Assembly (NCBI RefSeq): GCF_006345805.1 | Contig: NC_043002.1 | Location: forward strand, 10,664,001-10,728,000 | Direction of reading: 5' to 3' | DNA from: Octopus sinensis | Taxonomy: Eukaryota | DNA: 64,000 nucleotides | Part shown: one piece after another, positions 53,365 through 64,000 of the stretch | How the letters are laid out: each line of letters opens with the position of its first letter | Numbering within the stretch: the stretch's first letter is position 1 | Translations under genes and position numbers: made by a program | Notes under the pieces: model-generated | What the model was told of the DNA's origin: nothing | Seen by the model: only the letters and a program-made list of their open reading frames with translations | The model's database searches: none

Positions 53365-53522
53365 ATAAACGACAGGCTTCTTTCAGTTTCCGTCTACCAA
53401 ATCCACTCACAAGGCATTGGTCGGCCCGAGGCTATAGCAGAAGACACTTGCCCAAGATGCCACGCAGTGGGACTGAATCCGGAACCATGTGGTTGGTTAG
53501 CAAGCTACTTACCACACAGCCG
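53365..53522 (-). mobile_element. SINE-C 5' half
   Basis: Near-consensus head and CORE-like segment. Confidence 0.85.
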
Positions 53523-53859
53523 ATATATATGTATGTATGTACGTATGTATGTATGTATGTATGTATGTATGTATGTATGTATGTATGTATATATTATGTA
53601 TGTAAGTATGTATGTATGTATGTATGTATGTATGTATGTATATCGTTGCTCGACCAATGATAAGACAAATTTTCTTTAAATTACACAGAAGGAAAAGAGA
53701 TGAAATTACACTTAATGTAAGTATCAAATATGGATAATTCTTTTTGTATCGATTTTTAATTTCCCATGAATTTTCTTCTATGTAAATATGTACAGGATAT
53801 CCCTATTCAATATGTCAGTTGCTTTGGCTAATGTTTTATAGTTTTGGGTTTGAAATGAA

Positions 53860-54380
53860 TAGGTGCAGGCGTGGTTATGTGGTCAGAAGTTTCCTTTCCA
53901 GCCACATGGATCTTGATCCAGTCCAACGGCGTGGCATCTTGGGCAAATGTCTTCTAGCCGGCCAAAGTGTATTTGGTAGGCGGAAACTGAAAGAAGTCCG
54001 TCATGTATATATATATGCGCGCGTGTGTGTGTGTGTAAGTGTGTGTGTAAAGTAACAAATTGAGTAAAAAATATCCTTCAAAGGTGTGTGTTAAATATCC
54101 GATTCACTGGTACGTCAGTTGATTACCATATAAATATGTGTGTATGTGTATGTGGAGGGGTGCGTGTGTGTTTGTTCCTCACCGCCACTTGCAGCCGATG
54201 CTGCTATGTTTATGTCCCCGTAACTTTGTGGTTCGGTGAAAGAGACCGACAGAATATATACCAGATTTAATGGGGTAATTAGTACCGGGGATCAATTCAT
54301 TCATTTAAAAAAAGTCCTTCAAGGTGGTATCCCAGCATGGCTGCAGTCTAATGATCGAGGCCAGTAAAAGATAAAAAGAT
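53860..54380 (+). mobile_element. SINE-C, old and diverged
   Basis: gtggcatcttgggcaaatgtcttcta...aaagagaccgacagaat...cagcatggctgcagtc. Confidence 0.7.
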
Positions 54381-54582
54381 ATATATTAAATCTATTTTAC
54401 TTTTAATTGACCACTCGCAAATTATAAATTTTCTTGCAAAATAAGAGATGAGTATCTTACTATAAAAGGAATTATCTGTTGAAGTTTTTAATTCCATACA
54501 AAACGTGGCCTTAAAGTGAAGATGAACTAACGTGCATTGCACATTCTAGATCAAAACATTAGACATAGAAATTTAAAGATAA

Positions 54583-55054
54583 TCTCTCTATATATAAACC
54601 GCAAAATGTCTGTGTGTGTGTGTGTGTGTGCGTGTCCTTTATACAAATCCACAATTTTTCAGTTAGAGGGCTCGCACTCTCTATGGTCATTTAAAACCGT
54701 CCAAGGGTGGTCGTGCATATCTTTACATTTCCCCAGTCACCCCGCAAAGCCATTAAAAAATCAATAGAAGTGACTTTTTGTGAATTTTCTATCCAAAACC
54801 CAATCAAAATGCCGAAACTTGATACGTTAATTGAATGCCAGCTAGCTGTATGTGATTGGTCGGAGATTTCGACAATACTCGCGTGTATGTGCACACGCAC
54901 GCAGCTGTATATGCATGCACTATGTATATGCATGCACTATGTATATGCATGCATTATGTATATGCATGCACTATGTATATGCATGCACTATGTATATGCA
55001 TGCACTATGTATATGCATGCACTATGACCCGGCGTTGCCGGGTCATAGTGCTAG
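54583..55054 (+). mobile_element. Non-autonomous Helitron with internal 17-bp minisatellite
   Basis: 5' TC; 3' perfect hairpin gcactatgacccggc-gtt-gccgggtcatagtgc overlapping CTAG; A|T flanks. Confidence 0.9.
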
Positions 55055-55291
55055 TTGTGTATAATTATCATACAAATTTTACATAATAAAAAACGGGATA
55101 ATTAAAGCTGGAATGTCTTTGACGAGGCATGTGTTCGACCTCACCTCATCTGGAATCAGTGACAAAAACAATAGGTATAAAATTTCCTGTTTGCCAATTA
55201 TAAACATACATTAAGTAGATGACTAATATTCAGCTGTAAAAAGATCTCTCTGCTTCCGAATGAGAATGGTAAGTGGTCTTGGATGTCTTAA

Positions 55292-55861
55292 CCCATTTTA
55301 ACCCGTCGAAATTTTAACCTGTCGAAATTTTGAAGATAGTTGTGTAAATAGGCATTTACATACGGAAGGCGGCGAGCTGGCAGAAACGTTAGCACGCCGG
55401 GTGAATTGCTTAGCGGTATTTCGTCTGCCGTTACGTTCTGAGTTCAAATTCCGCCGAGGTCGACTTTGCTTTTTAAACCTTTCGGAGTCAATTAAATAAG
55501 TACCAGTTACGCACTGGGGTCGATGTAATCGACTTAATCCGTTTGTCTGTCCTTGCTTGTCCCTGTGTTTAGCCCCTTGTGGGTAGTAAAGAAATAGGTA
55601 TTTCGTCTGCCGTTACGTTCTGAGTTCAAATTCCGCCGAGGTCGATTTGCCTTTCATCCTTTCAGGGTCAATAAATTAAGTACCAGTTGCATACTGGGGT
55701 CGATGTAATTGACTTAATCCGTTTGTCTGTCCCCTCTGTGTTTAGCCCATTGTGGGTAGTAAAGAAATAGGTATAACGTACGGAAGCGTCTAGTTAACAT
55801 TTCTTGCAGTAAATAAGCCAAATACAACTGTCCTCAAACGAGGTCAGTGGATTAAAATGGG
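55292..55861. mobile_element. piggyBac-type MITE
   Basis: TTAA on both sides (55288, 55862); termini CCCATTTTAA / TTAAAATGGG. Confidence 0.8.
55369..55769 (+). mobile_element. SINE-B stack (head + T1 + T1) nested in the MITE
   Basis: Imperfect TSD ggcatttacatacggaag / ggtataacgtacggaag. Confidence 0.9.
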
Positions 55862-56109
55862 TTAAATTCGTTTATAACCTAAATCAAACCTGAACAGTAT
55901 TTATGTGCAACAGAAGCAGTATTCGTTTAGAATAGCAATCTGTGTATCGTACTCAATGCAAATACATTATCTGTTCCACATAACAAATTATTATTCAGCC
56001 GGCCAGCTAACTGCAGCATCATTGATATTTCAAATTGCTATTTTTCCATAACAATGACAACGGATTTTGTCATAATATACTGTTACCAGTATCTACATAC
56101 TCTTATTCT

Positions 56110-56490
56110 GTTACTCTTTTACTTGTTTCAGTCATTTGACTGCGGCCATGCTGGAGCACCGCATTTTAGTCGAGCAAATCGACCCCGGGACTTATTCTAT
56201 CAGTCTCTTTTGCCGAACCGCTAAGTAACGGGAACATAAACACACCAGCATCGGTTGTCAAGCAATGCTAGGGGGACAAACATACATACAAACATACACA
56301 CACATATATATAAATATACATATATACGACGGGCTTCTTTCAGTTTCCGTCTACCAAATCCACTCACAAGGCTTTGGTCGGCCCGAGGCTGTAGTAGAAG
56401 ACACTTGCCCAAGATGCCACGCAGTGGGACTGAACCCGGAACCATGTGGTTGGTAAGCAAGTTACTTACCATACAGCCACTCCTGCGCTT
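56110..56490 (-). mobile_element. SINE-C, near full length
   Basis: Near-consensus sequence. Confidence 0.9.
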
Positions 56491-57299
56491 ACTGACAAAG
56501 AACATCCCCCACCACCCAAGCAGAAATACCCATCTAACATTCCCACCTCCACTGCCGGACGATTTTAAAACTGCTACGATATTCAATTTTCATAGTGGCC
56601 TCGTTACCAGTCAGTTAATTCAATTTAATTCATATTTAAAAATAATCACATGTAAACAACACTAATAGGTACATTATTAACGGTAATTAAAACAAAGTTT
56701 TCTGTTGTTTATGTTTATGAAACAATTATTTAATCAGCTAATGAATCATATTGTGTTTTGATTATAAAATAAATTATAAAACATAATTAAATCATTTTAG
56801 TTAAACTTAGTGGTCAACACGTATAAGCAATGCTTATAATTATGTATATTCTGTGTCAGGCGCTAAAATGCTTCCATTTTGTATGCAAATTTTCTACTGA
56901 AGTTCGAGCTCAGATTGGCTGGTTTCCAAAACAGTCGCTTTCGACAAATCTACTATACACATGTACGTATATTTGCACGCGTGCAAGAACGTATGCATGC
57001 ATGTATGTATCAATGCATAACTATTTTTATGTATACGTATGTGTACACATATAACATATATGCATTCACACACACATACACACACACATATATATATACG
57101 AAAGTGCACTACCCTGGAAACCGCAAGTGGTGAACGTGCTTTGTAGGCCCACTACAACGGACATTCCTTTACCAAGGTCTCGATACTACACCTTAAGGCC
57201 TCCTACCTAAACTTTAAATGCAACTTATATATATATAGAAATATATTATAATAAAGGTAAAAATCATTAATGATTTTACCAAGGGCTCAGCGGAAATAA

Positions 57300-57430
57300 A
57301 ACGACGGGCTTTTTCCAGTTTCCGTCTACCAAATCCACCCACAAAGCTTTGGTCGGCCTGAGGCCATAGTAGAACACACTTGCCCAAGGTGAGACGCAGT
57401 GGGACAGAACTCAGAACCATGTGGTTTGGA
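57300..57430 (-). mobile_element. SINE-C 5' half, partial
   Basis: ttccgtctaccaaatcc...acacttgcccaagg...agaaccatgtgg. Confidence 0.8.
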
Positions 57431-57470
57431 AGAGAGAAAGGCAAACAGGCAGACAGACAGACAAACAGAC

Positions 57471-57542
<72 letters not shown>

Positions 57543-57919
57543 TGATTGATAAATAGATAGATATTACGTTGATGTCATATGTTATTACCTAACGTTTCAC
57601 AATTATTTGATCAATGAGACGGCTAATGTGGCCTATAATCAACATGGCTGCCTCACAGATCAATCATTCATAAAACTTTAAGTAACGGCAAAAGATGTCA
57701 GCCAATTAGGTATTCTGCTTCTTGTCTTCTTTACGAATTCTCACGTTCTTTAATAATCTTCATATCTATATGTAAATATTTGCATGTAACAGCGTATATT
57801 TGTGCGCGTGTATGTGTGTGTGTATATATGTATATATATATATATGTACACACAGACATGTATGATTTCTTTTGAATGAAACAGTTCTAGTCCTGTAGAA
57901 GCTCCTTCTATAAAATAAA

Positions 57920-58026
<107 letters not shown>

Positions 58027-58072
58027 AGATAGACAGATAGATAGATAGATAGAGAGAGATAGACAGACCGAT

Positions 58073-58104
<32 letters not shown>

Positions 58105-58214
58105 ATATGTAAATATGTGCGACATTAGAACATGTATGCATGCATATGTGTGTGTGTATGTGTGGGCGCTCGCGCATGTGTAAATATATCTGATATATAT
58201 ATGTGTATATATAT

Positions 58215-58910
58215 ATATACACGGCCTCCAGACGACTTCGGAATCCCCTGCAACTCTTCAGGACGGTCTCCTTGTTTAACTTGGTGAATTCAGTCATAAT
58301 CCTTGCCTTCAGTTGATCATTGGTGTTATACAAGGTTTTTTGCTGGTCTCTCGCTCAACTGCGCCCCACACATAATATTCAAGGGGGTTGCAGTCTGGAG
58401 TGTTAGGCGTTTAAATTTTAGGGGTGATGTGGTCGCAGAAATTTTCTGACAACTATGAATGGGGTCTCCTGCTTGTGTAGCAAGGTTTGAGCTAGAACAG
58501 CACTACCTCTACCAGTCATTTCATGTTGGTCACTGTGTTGAGCCTGAGGCCGTGTGGGAAGACGAATAGAGGTATAACGTTGCCATCACTAATGATCACT
58601 CCAAACATCATGATGGTGACTGGATATTTGATCTTTATTACTCTCGGTACATGTCCTTAAATTGCACTGTCCTCAGATTCACACTCAAACACTCTCAAAT
58701 GTTCGTATTGGAGCTTCTCGCCCGAATGCCAAGCAGTCGAGTATGTCGTTTCCGAATTTCCCGAAGAGTGAATTGCACCATGGTGCTGTTTTTCACGCAG
58801 ACGGTGTTCAAATGATCCTAATATAATGTGTACTCGACAAAATCAAAATCAACAATTCGCATTAGTGATATTGCAAACATAAACTAGCGACAATTTACAC
58901 ATCTCAGCCT
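58215..58910 (-). pseudogene. Internally deleted IS630/Tc1/mariner element (maT/DD37D-like)
   Basis: MVQFTLREIRKR start; IMMFGVIISDG; TPDCNPLEYYVWGAVERET...LKARI...FRSRLEAV. Confidence 0.8.
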
Positions 58911-58919
58911 CTATCTATC

Positions 58920-59069
<150 letters not shown>

Positions 59070-59089
59070 ATATATATATATATTATATA

Positions 59090-59129
<40 letters not shown>

Positions 59130-59899
59130 CAGCACTTCAACTCGTGACGTGCAGATAGTGTTGGCCATTTTTCTTTAAGTGCAGAAATAAAAGTCACCTT
59201 GTTTAATGCAAGAAAACTATTAATAAAAAGATGAGCAAATAAGAAACCCTATATGAGAAATGAGAAAGAAAGTTGAAAGCGTTGCACGGAAATAAAACAA
59301 AGGACGTTTTCTTTATGTTAAACAATGGATTCCGCCATGATGTCAGCATTAACTTGATTACAGGGATCGTCTGCACATCCGTGAATAGCGTCTTTCCCTC
59401 AATGACGGTGAAAATAATTGCTTAGCAATGAAGCAATAATAATCTTTGAATAATAATCTTTGATTTTCTTCCTAGAATCTGATTCTGGTAGGTGAAAAGT
59501 TAAGAAAAAGGCAAGAAAGCAGAATAGGAAACAAACTGTGATCAATAATATTGGAAGCCATTACTTACTATTTATGATATTTCAAGACAAAACACACTAA
59601 AAATGTAATAATAAATTAATAAAAATCAATTACACTTTCTAAATGAACACAGAAATTGCCCGTATCATAAGAGATTAACAACAAGTGAATGCATAAATGA
59701 ATTAATGAATAAATGGATAAATGATGAATAAAAATTCTGATCTCAGATGTTGTGTGTGTGTGTGTGGTACACGTTATTAATGTAGCATTTCGATATTTAG
59801 GCATCAATCGTTTTGTGAATGTAGCGACTATGCACTCAACATGTAGTAAAAAGTAAAATAGAAATAATGACATGCAGGAGAACGATGTTTCATGCAGTC

Positions 59900-60100
59900 G
59901 CGGTAGCAGCGGCAACTGCAGAAGCAGTATCAGAAGCAGCAGTGTTAGAAGTAGTAGTAGTAGTAGCAGCAGCAGTAGTAGTACAGCAGCAGCAGTAGTA
60001 GTAGTAACTGCAGTAGTAGTAGTAGCAGCAGCAGCATTTGCAGTGGCAGTAGTAGCAGCAGCAACAGTTGTAGTAGTAGTAGTAGTAGCTGCAGTAGTAA

Positions 60101-60142
<42 letters not shown>

Positions 60143-60196
60143 CAACAGCAACAGCAGCGGCAATGTCAGCTGCAGCAGTCGTGGTAGCAGCAGCAC

Positions 60197-60228
<32 letters not shown>

Positions 60229-60311
60229 CAGTAGTAATAGTAGTAGTAGTAGTAGTAGTAGTAGCAGCTGCAGTAGAAGTAGTAGTAGTAGCAGTAGTAG
60301 TAGCAGCTGCA

Positions 60312-60373
<62 letters not shown>
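59900..60373. repeat. (GTA)n/(GCA)n compound microsatellite
   Basis: Visible array; source of the poly-Y/T/L ORFs. Confidence 0.95.
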
Positions 60374-61780
60374 TCAATAATTCTTACACACCTGACATTT
60401 GTGATGACAGGAACATCACTTCCGAAGCAACATTCTCCTCTCTCGATTACAATAAAACAATTGTTTGTATTTTTTTTTTGTGTGTGCATTTTTTTTTACG
60501 TAGATTTCGTATCGCATCCTTTACACTTTCCATATTATTCACACACACACATACCCAAAAAAAATCATATTCCCACAGCAAATAAAGACAACCCCATTAT
60601 CTACGACATCTCAACAACAACACCAACAACAGCAACGACACCACCACCAACAACAACAACAGCAACATCACATTACAACATTAATAATATGTATCTTTAA
60701 CAAGTTCGCAAAGTCACCAAGAACACCAAAGTAAAATGAAACACGGCACTACAGAACTTGAAACAAATCGGCGCATTTACGATACCAGCATTATACTAAA
60801 ATAAAAACAACACTATCACATCAAAAACAACGCTATAACATCACTAAGCGCAATATAACTACAACAACATAATGACAATATCACTAAGAGAAGCTATATT
60901 AATGGCGGATATAAATAAATCGATAGTACTTCAGCGTTGGATAATTTTTTTCTGTGTGTATGTGTGCGCGTATGTGTTTGTGTTTGTGTCTATATTTTTG
61001 TTTTCAGTGAAACAATATTAAAATACAAAAAAAAAAAATAATCTTCAAGAGAATTATGATTATTTCTCTGGAACAACCATATTCTCTTGATTCGCTACCA
61101 ATCAGTCCAAGGTTAGAGTTTGTTTTCTTCTCAGCAACGATCCAATTACGAGTTACTTTCTTTAATTCACTTCAAAGCCAATCTAAATTTATCATCTATT
61201 TTAGAAACATATAGCTATTAGTAAGTTCATTTGGTTCCTTATCATCCAATTCGGAAGATAAAGTTCTTAATTTTGTAACACCCATTTTTTTAATGCTATT
61301 ATAACATGACGTTTGATAAACAGTAACAAATTAGATACGGTCGAGTACCAGGTACTTTTAAATAAATATTGGCGCCGAAAGTATTATGTAAATGCGTGGT
61401 CGTGCCTATACACATGCTGCTGCATCTATGTACGCGTGAATGTATGCATTATCTTCAGTTTCTAATCATTTGAAGTCTCTCTGGAAAGAAAGAGCTGATT
61501 GTAACAAAGATACAAAGCTCCATCATTGGAAGTCAGGTAACAAAAGAAAATACAATGTCAGATTTTGACATGAGAATATTCGTACCTATCTTTACTGCTT
61601 TGCATACAGTTTATATTTGTAATCTCCATGCTAGTTAATTGATTTCTTTTCTGTACGTACGTGTGTATGTATGTATGTATGTATGTATGCATGTATGTAT
61701 GTATGTATGTATGTATGTATGTATGTATGTATGTATGTATGTATGTATGTATGTATATATGTATGTATGTATGTATGAAT

Positions 61781-62285
61781 GTATTCAGTTTTATTTCCCG
61801 CTTTCTTGTCAATAAAGAATCGGTTTCTAATCTAGATCCAAGGCTCCTTGTATGTATGTATGTATGTATTATGTCAGTATTCAGTTTTATTTCAAGATTT
61901 CTTGTCAATACAGAAAGAGTCGGTTTCTAAACTAGACCGGAGGCTCCTTCACTGGAATTTCAATATCAACAACAGGGTATTTTTGTTTCCATAAATGTAT
62001 GTATATATGTATGCATGTATTATGCATGTATGTATGTATGTGCAGATTTGTATGTTTTATGTATGTATTCTCATGCATATAGTTGCATATCTAGACACGC
62101 TCATATATTTAAATGATAAACTTCTGGAAAGTTTTACAGATTTTTACAGTTCCAGTGATGAATTGGAGCTGTAGTTGTCGAATTAGTTTTCTCCTTTCTG
62201 GTTTTGAGATGCCTAATTTCTCAGGATTGGTTTTTAGGCAGTGTGTTACATATCCTAGGGCCCAATAATTACAGTTAACTTGCAT
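61781..62285 (-). mobile_element. RLE-type LINE 3' end in (TATG)n, with its last ~70 bp duplicated
   Basis: ALGYVTHCLKTNPEKLG...QFITGTVKICKTFQKFII*; terminal segment repeated at 61781 and 61877. Confidence 0.8.
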
Positions 62286-62433
62286 GTATGTATGTATGTA
62301 TGTATGTATGTATGTATGTATGTATGTATGTATGTATGTATGTATGTATGTGTTGGTATATGTATGTGTGGGCTTCTGTTTTATTTTTAATATTATTATA
62401 TAGACGGAGCTGCAAGCAAGGTGTTCGCTGAAG

Positions 62434-62853
62434 TTATAAAAAGCATCGACCCTCATAAGATTCATTGGTGCTAGGGTGATTTTGACTCACGAAACATAAC
62501 GATATCGAAAAACCTGATATCCCAGAGTTCCTAACGTTATTAGACAGAATGTGATATGAACACGTTCTTCGTAAAAGAGAAGCTCTTCTCCTGTGATAAA
62601 ACACAACAGCAATTAGCATATTCAGGTTCGAATAGATCGGAACATATGCAGTACATCGTTTGAAATATATGTTGCAAAAGCGAGTTAACTTCCAGTCCAG
62701 AACCAAGGCTCTTATTAATTTCGGTAGTCGTGTAAGCGTGTATGCAGATATAACATTACAAGCGTGAGATTTTATGCTTTGGCTTATTTGTGGATCTACA
62801 CCCTTAAACTTCTCCCTTATTTTGCATCTTTTCACATATCCATTAATGGACAA
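62434..62853 (-). other. 139-codon open frame in unique sequence, faint 7TM-like pattern
   Basis: Stop-free in non-repetitive DNA; DWKLTRFC / YVPIYSNLNMLIAVVFYHR / FSISLCF; could be chance. Confidence 0.15.
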
Positions 62854-63129
62854 TCCTTATATCTGAATTAGCTCTTTGTAGTTTTGTGAAATTCAACTGC
62901 TTAAGAATAATGCTCCGGCATCCATCTATCCATCCATCCATCCATCCATCCATCCCTTTATCCATCCATTTCCTGAGCCCACTATTCTTTGTAGGATCCA
63001 GGAAGTGACATCCTTAGACACATCTCACCTCCTCCTTAGAGCTCTATCAGAACCAACCGTCATTAAATTTTCCAGCTTGATTCCCATGCACGACCAACTG
63101 AGACTATAAAACCCTCTTCTTCTTGATCT

Positions 63130-63298
63130 ACAAACAAGAACGGACGAAGGGATTAAGTCGATTATATCGACCCCAGTGCGTAACTGGTACTTAATTTATC
63201 GACTGCGAAAGGATGAAAGGCAAAGTTGACCTCGGCGGAAGACGAAATACGGCTACGCATTTCGCCCGGAGTACTAACGTTTCTGCCAGCTCGCCACC
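63130..63298 (-). mobile_element. SINE-B, internally deleted and truncated
   Basis: Head and core joined across a deletion of the B-box region. Confidence 0.75.
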
Positions 63299-63656
63299 TT
63301 CTCTACGTCTGTTTCGCCACTGTCTCTCTATGTCTGTTTCTGCATCTCTGTCACGCTCTATCTCTCCCTTTCTTTTTTCTTTCATTTCCCTTTCTTACTT
63401 TCCTTATTTATTCATTTATTTCTCTCTCTCTCTCTCTCCTTCCCTCTTAGTATATTTCTGCTTATGTGTCTGGGGAGAGACAATGTATTTATGTTAATAG
63501 CATTCAATTAGTAAATCGTAATGTCTCTCTCCTCTCCTTTTTCCTGTATCTCTCTCCCCATCCCACCCCTCTTTTTTTCAATGAGCACATTTCTCTGAAT
63601 GTGTATGAGGGGGGAGAAAATATTTATGTGAATCGACTTCGATTAATAAATTAGAA

Positions 63657-63693
<37 letters not shown>

Positions 63694-64000
63694 ATACTTT
63701 CTCCCTCTCTGCACTCTCTCTCTCTCTCTCTCTCAAATCTCTCACTCTCTCTTTCTCTCTCTCTTTTTCTGCCCAGCATTACTATCATACCTAGCACCAG
63801 ATCTGCGTTTGGGCTTCTGTAGTATGTGAATGGAGAACTGAATAAGTTGGAGTCAACAAGAAGGATTGCAGGGAAGCATTTGTAAGTAATCACTACAATT
63901 GTTTCCACGCATTTCGATGCAGTCAGTGGGTACTAGTATGTTGTATAGTGACGACTGAGAGAAAGGGTGTAGTGGAAGACGAACATTTGAGTTTACAGAA

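Noticed and set aside
60574-60730. PolyQ/H exon candidate on the plus strand
   Set aside because: Explained by an imperfect (CAA)/(CAC) microsatellite; ends in a stop with no donor.

Overview
AT-rich eukaryotic non-coding DNA made mostly of transposable elements and microsatellites. The repeat families resemble an octopus-type (coleoid cephalopod) genome; this is inference from recalled repeat landscapes, not a database search. No host protein-coding gene can be called with confidence, and nearly all ORFs in the track are microsatellite or SINE read-through. Content: three tRNA-headed SINE groups, labelled here SINE-A (one head, four alternative tails), SINE-B (Meta-domain-like core, two tails T1/T2) and SINE-C (CORE-like); LINE fragments of RLE (R4/Dong/NeSL-like), Tx1, CR1 and RTE type; two IS630/Tc1/mariner relics; several non-autonomous Helitrons and MITEs; short (TA)n-embedded elements and fold-back palindromes with degenerate minimal hammerhead motifs; and a 1.1 kb two-component minisatellite. 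Most notable signal: the T1-tailed SINE-B appears to insert preferentially at GGTAY (seen in the TSDs of several independent insertions). The same motif lies just behind its own tRNA head, so copies stack into polar head-(module)n arrays; one nested insertion with a 17-bp TSD is preserved at 27.8-28.3 kb. Most element boundaries are approximate (about 10-20 bp); TSD, TIR and splice coordinates were read base by base.
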